Source: Minisyncoccota bacterium
Lineage (GTDB): Bacteria; Patescibacteriota; Minisyncoccia; Phycocordibacterales; Phycocordibacteraceae
Assembly: GCA_035547315.1 (NCBI GenBank)
Contig: DASZVH010000004.1
Coordinates: forward strand, 12,107-76,106
Direction of reading: 5' to 3'
DNA: 64,000 nucleotides
Shown: positions 53,186-62,161 of the stretch, in pieces
Position numbering within the stretch: the stretch's first letter is position 1
Layout: the number at the start of each line of letters is the position of its first letter
The notes under the pieces: model-generated
What the model saw: the letters and a program-made list of their open reading frames with translations, nothing else
What the model was told of the DNA's origin: nothing
Databases searched by the model: none
Position numbers and translations under genes: made by a program

Positions 53186-54049
53186 ATGCCTAAGAAGAAA
53201 AGGACTAGGAGACTGCGTGGAAGTGATTTCTTGATGAGATGGTCTCAGGGAGCATGGAGCGAGGACCAACTCGTGGATGCAGTAAACGCGACCCAAAAGT
53301 TTTTTGCGTTGCCGTATGGTCCTAGCGGTACAGCGCCAGACGATGATCCGGTGGCCTATGAGAAATACTTTGAAAGATTAGACGCAGCCGGTCTTGGTTC
53401 GATCAAGCGACCAGACCTCCTTATTTTCCCGGAGTCGGCTCGCAGCAAGGTTAATAGTATGGTTGAGCCTCTTGGTGGTGTCGCGGAACTGCCTTTTCAC
53501 ACGGAAGATGAGGAGCACATAAAAGCACTCCTTTCTTTGGCAATCATGGCAGTCGAATGCGAGAACAGCTTATGGAAGGCGAAACAGATGCCGAACTACA
53601 CCTACACCCTCAAGCCACAGAAGAGGCTTGGAGGTAAGCCCGGTTTAGCTAAAAATGCAGTGCTTCCTACGATCATCATGAAAGACGAGGATAGAGGCCC
53701 GCTCACAGAATGGCAAAAACGAAATCCGAAACTCCCGCTCCATATTTGGCATGCGTTTTTTGACGAAGCATACGGCATTTCGTTTGCCGATATGAATCGG
53801 CTTATTGACGATGGGACCATCGAGCCTTCTGTTCAAGAGTTTTCAAACGCAGGACAGCCCTCGACAAAGAAAACTCTATACAAAGCGCATTATTACCTTG
53901 GCTATCCGCTCGCGACCTCAACGCAGGACCCGGCGCTAAAAGCTCAAACTATAGTGGATAAGAATGGCCACATTTACCCTTACGTTACCTTCTCTGGAGG
54001 CAAGATGGCTCTCCGGGATGATGCTGTGAGGGTTTTGGAGAGTCTGTAG
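53186..54049 (+). CDS. Type II restriction endonuclease, AccI-like
   Basis: 'MRWSQG.WSE', 'YGPSG.AP', 'KRPDLLIF', 'ECENSLW' recalled as the AccI family; adjacent methyltransferase. Confidence 0.7.
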   Translation: MPKKKRTRRLRGSDFLMRWSQGAWSEDQLVDAVNATQKFFALPYGPSGTAPDDDPVAYEKYFERLDAAGLGSIKRPDLLIFPESARSKVNSMVEPLGGVAELPFHTEDEEHIKALLSLAIMAVECENSLWKAKQMPNYTYTLKPQKRLGGKPGLAKNAVLPTIIMKDEDRGPLTEWQKRNPKLPLHIWHAFFDEAYGISFADMNRLIDDGTIEPSVQEFSNAGQPSTKKTLYKAHYYLGYPLATSTQDPALKAQTIVDKNGHIYPYVTFSGGKMALRDDAVRVLESL

Positions 54050-54069
54050 GAGGAAGGTAAAATAAAGGG

Positions 54070-55566
54070 GTGAAAACCCGAGAACAATTAAGAGAGAAGG
54101 GACAATTCTGGACGCCGAACTGGATAGCTCAGAGCATGGTTAGTTATGCTTTGGGGAATGGCTCGAATCAACTTTTTGATCCCGCTCATGGGCTTGGTGC
54201 GTTTTTTGTCGCAGCAAAGGAACTGAGCAAGAAGTTTAAAAGAAGAATAACCTTCTTTGGTACTGACATAGACTCTGATCTAGTGTCTGAAATTAAAGAA
54301 CAAGGGATTCTTGAAGCCAAGGATTTAAAGAATCTACGAGTTGCTGACTTTGTAGATATTGCTTCCCAAAAGAAATACAAGTCCATAGTCGTAAATCCTC
54401 CATATATCCGCCATCACCGCATTCCTCTTGAAAAGAAACTGGCTCTGAAGAGAATCGCTCTACAACATCTTGGTCGTGAATTAGATGGCAGAGCAGGCCT
54501 CCATGTGTACTTTTTAATACTAAGTCTACTTGCACTTGAAAAAGACGGAAGGTTATCTTTCATTGTTTCCTCTGATATATGCGAAGGGGTATTTGCGAAT
54601 CCACTTTGGCAGTGGATCGGAAAGAACTATCAAATAGAAGCAGTTCTGACTTTCAGTGGTAAAGCTAGTCCATTTCCGGGTGTAGATACAAACCCAATTA
54701 TTTTCTTCATTAGAAACGCAAAACCAAAAGCAGTTCTTTCGTGGGCTCGAGCGAATGGAATAAATCCCGAGTCTATCAATAAATGGGTTGATTCTGGTTT
54801 TAAAACATCTCTAGCGGATGGATCAGATTTATTAGTGTTTGAACGTTCACTGAATGAGGCGCTTACCACGGGCCTTTCTCGACTTCCACAGACCGAAGAA
54901 CACAAATTCACTCTAGGAGATTTTGTGTATGCGATGCGAGGCATTGCTACTGGGAATAATGAATTCTTTTTGCTGGATCAAGAGACCGTTGATAGATTCG
55001 GAATTCCTCAAACGTATTTAGTTCCAGCAATTGCTCGAACACGAGATGTCGCAGGAGATATGGTTGATGAGTCTACTTTTACAGCTATTGTCGAAAAAGG
55101 AAGACCACATTACCTACTTTATATTGATGCTGACAGCCTAGATGGCCTTCCAAAACCGATAAGAAATTATATTGCCCACGGAGAAGAACTTGGAGTACAC
55201 AAGACCGCACTAATCTCTGCCCGAAGGGTCTGGTTCAAAATGGAAAAAAGAAATCCACCGCCGATCCTTTTTGCCTACTTAGGAAGGAGAAGTTCAAGAT
55301 TTATCGTCAACAAAGCCGGAGCGCTGCCTCTCAATGGTTTTCTCTGCATCTATCCTAAGGACACTGAAGCATCATACTTAAATAAACTAATACAGATAAT
55401 TAATCGCGAAGAGGTATTAAAGAACCTGTTCCTGGTCGGCAAATCATACGGATCCGATGCAGTAAAAGTAGAGCCTCGTGCGATAGAGCGATTGCCCATT
55501 CCGGAGAAGCTTCTCAAGGAAGTAGGACTTATACCCCCTAGGAAGGGTCAGCTAGCTTTAGTTTGA
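54070..55566 (+). CDS. N6-adenine DNA methyltransferase (gamma class)
   Basis: 'GQFWTP', 'FDPAHGLGAF', 'NPPYIRH', 'RGIATGNNEFF'. Confidence 0.9.
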   Translation: MKTREQLREKGQFWTPNWIAQSMVSYALGNGSNQLFDPAHGLGAFFVAAKELSKKFKRRITFFGTDIDSDLVSEIKEQGILEAKDLKNLRVADFVDIASQKKYKSIVVNPPYIRHHRIPLEKKLALKRIALQHLGRELDGRAGLHVYFLILSLLALEKDGRLSFIVSSDICEGVFANPLWQWIGKNYQIEAVLTFSGKASPFPGVDTNPIIFFIRNAKPKAVLSWARANGINPESINKWVDSGFKTSLADGSDLLVFERSLNEALTTGLSRLPQTEEHKFTLGDFVYAMRGIATGNNEFFLLDQETVDRFGIPQTYLVPAIARTRDVAGDMVDESTFTAIVEKGRPHYLLYIDADSLDGLPKPIRNYIAHGEELGVHKTALISARRVWFKMEKRNPPPILFAYLGRRSSRFIVNKAGALPLNGFLCIYPKDTEASYLNKLIQIINREEVLKNLFLVGKSYGSDAVKVEPRAIERLPIPEKLLKEVGLIPPRKGQLALV

Positions 55567-55567
55567 T

Positions 55568-55786
55568 TTAGAGAAAATAGCCAACGCTTTTACTGTAGAG
55601 CTTTGCGAGTTTATTGAGCCAGATGGCCTCTACTCGCAATTCTCCAAGTTCGATTTTTGAAACCCAGGACTGGGAGCACCCGAGCTTTTCAGCCACCTCT
55701 GCCTGTGTCAGCCCGGCTTCTATCCGAGCTTTCTTTAGCCGCTTCACAAACCCAGCTCGTTCATCGGTATGAATAGATTTCTTCAT
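55568..55786 (-). CDS. XRE-family HTH regulator (C-protein-like)
   Basis: 'RLKKARIEAGLTQAEVAEKLG.SQSWVSKIELGE'. Confidence 0.88.
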   Translation of the reverse strand: MKKSIHTDERAGFVKRLKKARIEAGLTQAEVAEKLGCSQSWVSKIELGELRVEAIWLNKLAKLYSKSVGYFL

Positions 55787-55799
55787 ACCTATAAGGCTG

Positions 55800-55831
55800 T
55801 ATTCCGTTATGGGATATTCCAAAGTGGAATA
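55800..55831. promoter_or_regulatory. Tandem palindromic operators upstream of the XRE gene
   Basis: TATTCC-GTTAT-GGGATA and TATTCC-AAAGT-GGAATA, offset by 15 bp. Confidence 0.6.
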
Positions 55832-55937
55832 TTTATGCTACGATAGGGCCACTTAGTCCATAAGGGGACAACCGACTACGAGGAAGTCCAGGACGAAGGT
55901 AAGTTATAGAAGTTTTATTTATAAGATAACGAAATAT

Positions 55938-56228
55938 ATGGCTCGTAAACCAAAGCCTCAGTGCCCAAATTGTAAGCAGTACAGGTTGGACGAAAAGCGT
56001 GGTATCTGGCTGCTACTCGCATCAGGGTGCTTTTTCGGTCCGCTCATGGTCGCCAGTGTCTTGTTTATTACAATCATCGGTATCCCGATTGCCTTGTTCT
56101 TTCTGGGTCTCTACATCATCACGATCCCACTCGGCATTATTGCTATAATCGTGGCGTTTCGTACTCACGGCTACCGGTGTAGAAATTGCCACTGGGTTGG
56201 CGATAACCCAATCATTGAATCGGCATGA
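55938..56228 (+). CDS. Small membrane protein with split zinc ribbon (CxxC-TM-TM-CxxC)
   Basis: CPNC, hydrophobic hairpin, CRNC. Confidence 0.7.
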   Translation: MARKPKPQCPNCKQYRLDEKRGIWLLLASGCFFGPLMVASVLFITIIGIPIALFFLGLYIITIPLGIIAIIVAFRTHGYRCRNCHWVGDNPIIESA

Positions 56229-56231
56229 GGC

Positions 56232-56477
56232 ATGGCAATTCTGTCGTCACAAAGCGCTCGTGAGCTTCAAAGAATAATCAAAGAGGCTACGGAGCGCGAT
56301 GTGTCGCTCGGAGAAGCCTATGCGATTTGGGGATACCTAATCAAACTCCTGCAGTTGTTGTGGAAGGTAGAACACCGCGATGAGGTACCCATACCGCCAC
56401 AACAGATGTCATTGTTTGGTCGGTTCGGAAACGCAAGTGCGGATCACAGGAGTCGTAAAAGATATTCTCGGAGTTAG
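56232..56477 (+). CDS. Hypothetical protein
   Basis: ATG 3 nt after the upstream stop. The 3' end overlaps the convergent ORF. Confidence 0.45.
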   Translation: MAILSSQSARELQRIIKEATERDVSLGEAYAIWGYLIKLLQLLWKVEHRDEVPIPPQQMSLFGRFGNASADHRSRKRYSRS

Positions 56478-57060
56478 GGATAGAGAATGCTTCTTTGGTT
56501 TTGCCTTCTCGATCCCATCGTTCTTTAAATTCAAGCAAGGTCTCTTCTGGGTCCGTGGGATGTTCGAGTTCGTGCATTTCTTTCAGCTCCCTATTTTCAT
56601 TCTTGACTTTAGCAAGCAGGTCAACGATATCTCTGAGGTGGAAAAGGCCCTCGGTTTGTTCCGGTTCAGGAAGATTGAGTACCAGAAAACGGATATCGTT
56701 CGGGTGAAGAAGGAGCCGAGGTTTCTCAACCTCCTGTTCTTTTGGAAAATTATGAAAATACTGCAGCCACAACTTCTGGCTTGCCGAATTACCTTGCACC
56801 GCACTACGCAAAATACTTTCAATTACGAAGCTGGTCTTTTCGAAAGCCCACTCTTTTCGTAAGGCTGTCACGCGAGACTGGAAGTCGGAGCGTTTTTTCC
56901 AGGCAGTTGGCGTGTTAATGCTGATTCCGTAGTATTCAGAAAATTGCTGCTGGGTTTCAATCCCGAGCCGGTGACGCTCGGAAGGGGGCATGGAGGTCCA
57001 GAGGATAAACTCCTCATAGACGCCATCTTTTTTCACACCTCGATTTTCACGGTTGTTCAT
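56341..57060 (-). CDS. HTH protein resembling phage terminase small-subunit-like family
   Basis: 'TQQQFSEYYGISINTPTAWKKRSDF' HTH followed by 'AVQGNSASQKLWLQYF'. Confidence 0.55.
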   Translation of the reverse strand: MNNRENRGVKKDGVYEEFILWTSMPPSERHRLGIETQQQFSEYYGISINTPTAWKKRSDFQSRVTALRKEWAFEKTSFVIESILRSAVQGNSASQKLWLQYFHNFPKEQEVEKPRLLLHPNDIRFLVLNLPEPEQTEGLFHLRDIVDLLAKVKNENRELKEMHELEHPTDPEETLLEFKERWDREGKTKEAFSIPNSENIFYDSCDPHLRFRTDQTMTSVVAVWVPHRGVLPSTTTAGV

Positions 57061-57377
57061 GGTTGTGATCTGCTTAATCCCTTGAGAATCGCTTGGGATT
57101 AAGCGGTATCTTCAATATTACTCCCGGAAATACCTGTTGTGAGGCCCTCTCTCTGTGGACCAACGAAAACCCGACCTAGACGGGTCGAGATCTTGGTCGG
57201 ATAGGCGGTAGAATAGCCTTACGACACCTCACATTACTTCGCACCGAACCAAAGTAGCCAGCAGTCTAGAAAAGTATCGAAGGACCTATACGGGTCAATA
57301 AATAAGCCATCGCGAAAATTAGTTCGAGATTTCTAGACCCATACCCGTCTAGGAAATCGAACTTCTAGAAAATGTGT

Positions 57378-57407
57378 AAAGGGCCGACCCGGTTGGATCG
57401 GCCCTTT
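57378..57407. terminator. Intrinsic terminator
   Basis: AAAGGGCCGA.CC..GG.TCGGCCCTTT stem directly downstream of the minus-strand ORF ending at 57413. Confidence 0.65.
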
Positions 57408-57412
57408 GCGCG

Positions 57413-57760
57413 TCATGCGCTCGCCATCGCTTTCGGCACCATCGCGCCCAGCTCATCGGGACTCATGCCGAGTTCCTCGGCGAGCTTGAGCGCGTTGACG
57501 AGCATCTTGGTAGTCGCGATACGAAGGTTCTCTTCGTTCATCGCGCCGCCGTGATCCTGCGCCTCCGTCTCTGTCGCGATCTTGCCAGCCGACTTGCTGA
57601 TGTGCTTCAGGCTGTGCGAGACGGCGAAGGCACGAACCTTCTCCGGAGTGCTCAGATCGACGTTCGGATAGTGCTGATTCGTGAAGGTGTACCTCGCGCC
57701 GATGAAGGCCATCAGGGAAGCGAGATTCGGTTCAGGCGTTCCGGTCATAATGACCTCCAT
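57413..57760 (-). CDS. Hypothetical protein (possible MazG-like helical fold)
   Basis: 'HSLKHISKSAGKIA...DHG...LVNALKLAEELG'; own terminator. Confidence 0.55.
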   Translation of the reverse strand: MEVIMTGTPEPNLASLMAFIGARYTFTNQHYPNVDLSTPEKVRAFAVSHSLKHISKSAGKIATETEAQDHGGAMNEENLRIATTKMLVNALKLAEELGMSPDELGAMVPKAMASA

Positions 57761-57857
57761 GGTTGAGGGTGAACTTTAGCCTGACACATTCATACCTCAA
57801 TTTGCCCGACCTGTCTAAGGCTAGAACTCTTCCACATAGAGAATCCTGATATTCTAA

Positions 57858-58109
57858 GCCCTGTTCGGGGTTATTCTGCTCGCGCTTGCGGCCGGCATAG
57901 GCTTTCTCTGGGGTGACAAGCATGCACTCGATAAACTCACTATCGTTGAGATAACGCCCGATCAAATGGTACAAGCCATGAGTGCTGATAACTTCTATGG
58001 TTTCTGGCGCGAGAGTACTTTAGTCGCGTCGGGGACCGTGGCCGGCATCTCCCAACAAAATGGCGAAACGCTTATCCAACTCACAACCGAGCCCGGAAAG
58101 TCGCTTTAG
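57858..58109 (+). pseudogene. Start-less fragment of a TM-anchored protein
   Basis: Open frame ALFGVILLALAAGIGFLWGDKHALDKL...SL*, preceded in frame by TAA with no start codon before the TM. Confidence 0.3.
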
Positions 58110-58174
58110 ATGAGTAGCTGAACAAGTGAAAGCGCGGGGTCCTTCGCCGCGTATAATAAATACTAGCGGCCTTC

Positions 58175-58726
58175 ATGAAAAAAGCTCTCCTTTCTTTTGG
58201 ACTCATTCTCGTATCAGGGGCATACGCCCTCTATCATGCAATGGGTGGCGCGGCAACAAATCCCGCTGTCACAGTACCCCCCGTGACATCTTCGCAGGTT
58301 CAGCCCATAACTATTACCAATACTTCTTCGCCAGCCGCCCCTCCACCACAAAACGCTACAGAAACGCCGATTCAAACGACCCAGACGGCTACACCTCCGC
58401 CGTCGGCCCCCACTCCGCAACCGCTCTCGGTACCCAAAGGTCAATATGCTGATGGTACGTACACCGGCAGCCCCGCCGACGCGTACTACGGCACCGTCGA
58501 AGTGCAAGCCGTTGTCTCGGGCGGCAAGCTTGCCGATGTTACTTTCCTTCAATACCCGAGCGACCGGAGCACGAGCCGCTATATCAATAGCCAAGCGATG
58601 CCACTCCTTATGCAGGAAGCCATTGCCGCGCAAAGCGCGAACGTGAGCGGCGTCTCGGGCGCGAGTGATACGAGCGCAGCGTTCCGCGAATCGCTCGCGA
58701 GTGCACTCGCACAGGCAAAAAACTAA
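58175..58726 (+). CDS. Extracytosolic FMN-binding (flavinylated) protein
   Basis: Signal/TM, Pro/Thr linker, 'YADGTYTG', flavinylation motif 'VSGASDTS'. Confidence 0.88.
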   Translation: MKKALLSFGLILVSGAYALYHAMGGAATNPAVTVPPVTSSQVQPITITNTSSPAAPPPQNATETPIQTTQTATPPPSAPTPQPLSVPKGQYADGTYTGSPADAYYGTVEVQAVVSGGKLADVTFLQYPSDRSTSRYINSQAMPLLMQEAIAAQSANVSGVSGASDTSAAFRESLASALAQAKN

Positions 58727-58727
58727 C

Positions 58728-59468
58728 ATGCGTATCGAACGAATTATCATGGGCATGCCAGCGGCGATCGAACTCGTTGGTGCCGATTCTCGAGAACCGC
58801 ACGACCGCATCTTCGCGTTATGGGACGCGATCGATGTACGATTTAGCACCTACAAGCCCGAGAGCGAGACGAGCCGCATCAACCGCGGCGAGATTAACGA
58901 ACGCGATTATAGTCCCGAGATGCAGGAGATTATTGCTCTTACCGAAAAGACAAAGCGGGAGACGAATGGATACTTCGATGCGCGCCCCCATGACGGTTCG
59001 TTCGATCCCTCTGGCGTTGTGAAAGGATGGGCGCTTCGCGAGGCAGCGCACCGCGCAGAGGAACTTGGCTTTGATTCCTTCTATGTCGAAATCGGCGGCG
59101 ACATTCAAACTCGCGGCAAGGATGCGGCAGGACGAGATTGGACAATTGGCATTCGCAACCCATTCAACTATGATGAGATCGTTAAGGTGCTCTGTCCGCG
59201 CGGCGCGGGCATCGCCACCTCGGGAAACGCTGCGCGTGGCGCGCATATCTACAATCCGCACGATTCGAAAGTCGCACCCGCAGAACTGGCAAGCATAACC
59301 GTCCTCGGTCCAGACATCTTCGAGGCCGATCGTTTCGCAACCGCGGCGTTCGCAATGGGTGAGAAGGGCATCTATTTTATTGAAAGCATGGACAGTTTCG
59401 AGGCGTACGCAATTGCCCCAAGTGGTGTTGCCACGATGACTTCCGGGCTCTTCCGTTATCTTGCATGA
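58728..59468 (+). CDS. apbE: FAD:protein FMN transferase
   Basis: 'FSTYKPESETSRIN', 'FDPSGVVKGW', 'IGGDI', 'IATSG', 'HIYNP', 'ADRFATAAFAMG'. Confidence 0.9.
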   Translation: MRIERIIMGMPAAIELVGADSREPHDRIFALWDAIDVRFSTYKPESETSRINRGEINERDYSPEMQEIIALTEKTKRETNGYFDARPHDGSFDPSGVVKGWALREAAHRAEELGFDSFYVEIGGDIQTRGKDAAGRDWTIGIRNPFNYDEIVKVLCPRGAGIATSGNAARGAHIYNPHDSKVAPAELASITVLGPDIFEADRFATAAFAMGEKGIYFIESMDSFEAYAIAPSGVATMTSGLFRYLA

Positions 59469-60949
59469 TTCGTTTCGTCGACGACATCTTGAATAAGATC
59501 ACGATGTACCGCTTGGTGCTCTACTACCTTGCGGCGCTCGCACTCCTCGCGTTCATACTTGGACTCTTCGGAATTGTCCCTGTCGATCCCACTGCGCTCG
59601 CGTTTTCAATACTCCTCGTGACGATCGTGTGTTTGGCGACGAACTGGGTCTTTGCGCGCGTTTTTTCTGCGGAAACCAACATCGAATCGGCATACATAAC
59701 AGCCCTCATCCTTGTTCTCATTGTGCCGCCGGCCACCGCGGGCAATGTGGCGGGTGTCGGCCTTCTCGTCTTCGTCTCGGTCTGGGCGATGGCATCCAAA
59801 TACATTTTTGCGATCGGCAAAAAGCACGTCTTCAATCCTGCAGCGATCGCGATCGCGATCGCTGCGCTCGCGCTCAACCAGCCCGCGACCTGGTGGGTGG
59901 GCGGCAATCTTTGGCTCGCGCCCGTCGTTATCCTCGGTGGCCTGCTTGTCGTGCGCAAGATTCAGCGCTTTGATCTCGTCCTCTCCTTTATGGCGGTCGC
60001 GATTGTTGCAACCCTTGCAACCGCCCCTTCCGCCGACTATGGGGGCCTGCTCTCGCAGACACTTCTGCATTCCTCATTCTTTTTCCTCGCGTTCGTGATG
60101 CTAACCGAGCCACTTACTACGCCGCCCAATCGCTTGCTCCGCATGGCATACGGCACATTAGTTGGGCTACTTTTTGCACCAAATATCCACCTCGGCTCCT
60201 TCTACCTTACGCCTGAGCTCGCGCTCCTCGCTGGCAACATTTTCTCCTACGCCGTGAGCCCGAAGGGCCGCTACACACTCACGTTGGTTCGGGTTGAGCA
60301 AGCCGCGCGCGATGCGTACGATTTCGTGTTTACCCCTGATCGTGCTTTTACCTTCAAGCCCGGTCAATACATGGAATGGACGCTTAGTCATAAATATCCG
60401 GACGACCGCGGTAATCGGCGGTATTTCACGCTCGCCTCCTCGCCGACTGCTTCTGAAGTCCGTCTCGGCGTGAAGTTCTACAACCCCTCGAGCACGTTTA
60501 AGCGTGCCCTTGCCGCACTCACCGAAAGCAAAACAATCTCTGTGTCGCACCTCGCGGGCGGTTTCGTGCTCCCGCGTAAGAAAGAGACCAAGCTTGTTTT
60601 CATCGCGGGTGGGATCGGCATAACGCCCTTTCGCAGCATGATCGAATACCTCCTCGACTCACGCGAACGGCGGGACATCGTGCTTCTCTATTCGAACAAA
60701 GCCGAAGCCGATATAGCCTACAAACCGCTTCTCGATCGCGCACGGGCAGAACTTGGTATCCGAACCGTTTATGTGACCGGTACACCAATCGACGCAGCAC
60801 TCATTGCCTGCGAAATACCCGACTACCGCAATCGCTCGTTCTATATCTCGGGACCGCATGGGATGGTGGAGACATTCAAGGCCGCGCTGCGTCGTATGGG
60901 CGTGTCGTGGTTTAGAATAAAGAGTGATTTCTTCCCGGGCTTCGCCTAA
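59465..60949 (+). CDS. RnfD/NqrB-like membrane domain fused to a ferredoxin-NADP reductase-type FAD/NAD domain
   Basis: 'SKY......KHVFNPAA', 'MLTEPLTTP'; then 'FKPGQY', 'RRYFTLASSP', 'AGGIGITPF', 'YISGP', 'FFPGF'. Confidence 0.88.
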   Translation: MIRFVDDILNKITMYRLVLYYLAALALLAFILGLFGIVPVDPTALAFSILLVTIVCLATNWVFARVFSAETNIESAYITALILVLIVPPATAGNVAGVGLLVFVSVWAMASKYIFAIGKKHVFNPAAIAIAIAALALNQPATWWVGGNLWLAPVVILGGLLVVRKIQRFDLVLSFMAVAIVATLATAPSADYGGLLSQTLLHSSFFFLAFVMLTEPLTTPPNRLLRMAYGTLVGLLFAPNIHLGSFYLTPELALLAGNIFSYAVSPKGRYTLTLVRVEQAARDAYDFVFTPDRAFTFKPGQYMEWTLSHKYPDDRGNRRYFTLASSPTASEVRLGVKFYNPSSTFKRALAALTESKTISVSHLAGGFVLPRKKETKLVFIAGGIGITPFRSMIEYLLDSRERRDIVLLYSNKAEADIAYKPLLDRARAELGIRTVYVTGTPIDAALIACEIPDYRNRSFYISGPHGMVETFKAALRRMGVSWFRIKSDFFPGFA

Positions 60950-60953
60950 TGCT

Positions 60954-61535
60954 ATGAGCACCTACGAAAAAGTCGCAACTGCCATCATTGTCATCCTCGT
61001 CGCTATCGGCGTTGCCTTCTCCTATCACGAAATTACCGAGCCGCATGAAAATAACGGCGGCCCAGACTTTGACCACAGCATCGGCCAGAATTTCGAAATC
61101 GGACCCTTCGACACCATCTTGAGCCGTCGATCCTCGGGCGGTATCGAACAGAATTGCGCGCCATTGCAGTCAGTGATCCTCGGAGCACTGCATGATGTAA
61201 AAGAAAAGCTCGAGGCCGCAGGCACGTATCAGCGAAGCGCGGATGTTTTCGAGGTCAATCAAGACACGTTGCAATTCTTCTGCAATGCGCAAGCAGAGGT
61301 GACACTCATTGATGACACTGGAACGAAACTCGTGCTTGATAAGCCGCCCTTTACGCGCGGCATTCCAGCGGGCGGTACAGCTACGGACGTAGGCACTGAG
61401 GTGCGTATCGACGCGACAATTGTGCGTCCCGGGACCGTACCACCAACCATGCCGACAGTTTCCGTTGAAGAACTCATTCCAGATCGGTATCTCGAAGGGG
61501 CAGTATCGTCGAGTACCGAAGTGATTGGGGAGTGA
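60954..61535 (+). CDS. Hypothetical TM-anchored protein
   Basis: N-terminal TM; ATG 4 nt after the upstream stop. Confidence 0.55.
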   Translation: MSTYEKVATAIIVILVAIGVAFSYHEITEPHENNGGPDFDHSIGQNFEIGPFDTILSRRSSGGIEQNCAPLQSVILGALHDVKEKLEAAGTYQRSADVFEVNQDTLQFFCNAQAEVTLIDDTGTKLVLDKPPFTRGIPAGGTATDVGTEVRIDATIVRPGTVPPTMPTVSVEELIPDRYLEGAVSSSTEVIGE

Positions 61536-61633
61536 TCGCATAGGAACGTCTTCGGGGCCCTCTCTGGACTCGAACCGACTTTCCAGAGAATTTAAGAATC
61601 CTCCTTGAGCGTCTAAGCTATAATTCCGACGAG

Positions 61634-61659
61634 GGTTCGATTCGTAGAAGGGCAGCCAA
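61634..61659 (+). repeat. Degenerate direct repeat of the tRNA-Gln 3' end (attR-like)
   Basis: GGTTCGAtTCgtAGaagGGCAGCCAA versus 49896-49921 GGTTCGAgTCcaAGcccGGCAGCCAA: 20/26 identical, ungapped. Confidence 0.55.
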
Positions 61660-61798
61660 GTCGAGCGCAACACATGCGCACGAGTTCGTCAAGGGTCTCG
61701 TGCGCGAGAACCCCGCACGAGACGCATCGCGTTTTTAAGTAAAGAGAAAACCGCCGCATCGAGAGCGTGCCCAGCGGGCGGCTTCTCGTACGCGACGG

Positions 61799-62161
61799 TC
61801 AGTGTATTTGCTTGGGGCAGCCGATTGGCATGGACGCACCCTGGGCGTAGACGCGCAACCAGAGATTCGAAATGCCTTTCCCGCGCAATTGCGGGAGAAC
61901 GCTGTTCTCGATCGCCTCGTTGAGCTTGAGGAGAATGTCACGGCACTGTGCAATGCGCCGATTATCCTTGCCGGGGCCGGTGTCGATTTCGACCGCCAGC
62001 CAACCTGAGTTGACGTCGAGCGGGCCTTGATTGCGCACCCGCAACTCGACATCCCGAAATTGCACCTTCAGGGAATATCGGCGCGGGCATCGCGATCGGG
62101 GTAGCGATAGGCGTCGCACTCGACGCCGGCGTGGCAAGGCGCCAGTAGCCGTTCTGAGCAA
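61799..62161 (-). pseudogene. Probable 5'-disrupted gene remnant
   Basis: The C-terminal ~95 codons look protein-like and are followed by a terminator-like hairpin (61744-61787). The N-terminus is Arg-rich and implausible. Confidence 0.3.

Larger units (their letters stand above)
49921..61659. mobile_element. Genomic island at the tRNA-Gln 3' end (large serine recombinase)
   Basis: Sharp drop in GC after 49920, recombinase, RM and defence cargo. A degenerate copy of the tRNA 3' end lies at 61634-61659. Confidence 0.75.

Noticed and set aside
53186-55566. Host avoidance of AccI sites (GTMKAC) as support for specificity
   Set aside because: GTCGAC and GTCTAC are frequent in the flanking genes, so there is no avoidance signal; specificity remains unverified.
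61555-61620. tRNA-like GGTTCGAGTCC on the minus strand
   Set aside because: No acceptor, D or anticodon arms can be folded. It may be att-related but is not a tRNA gene.
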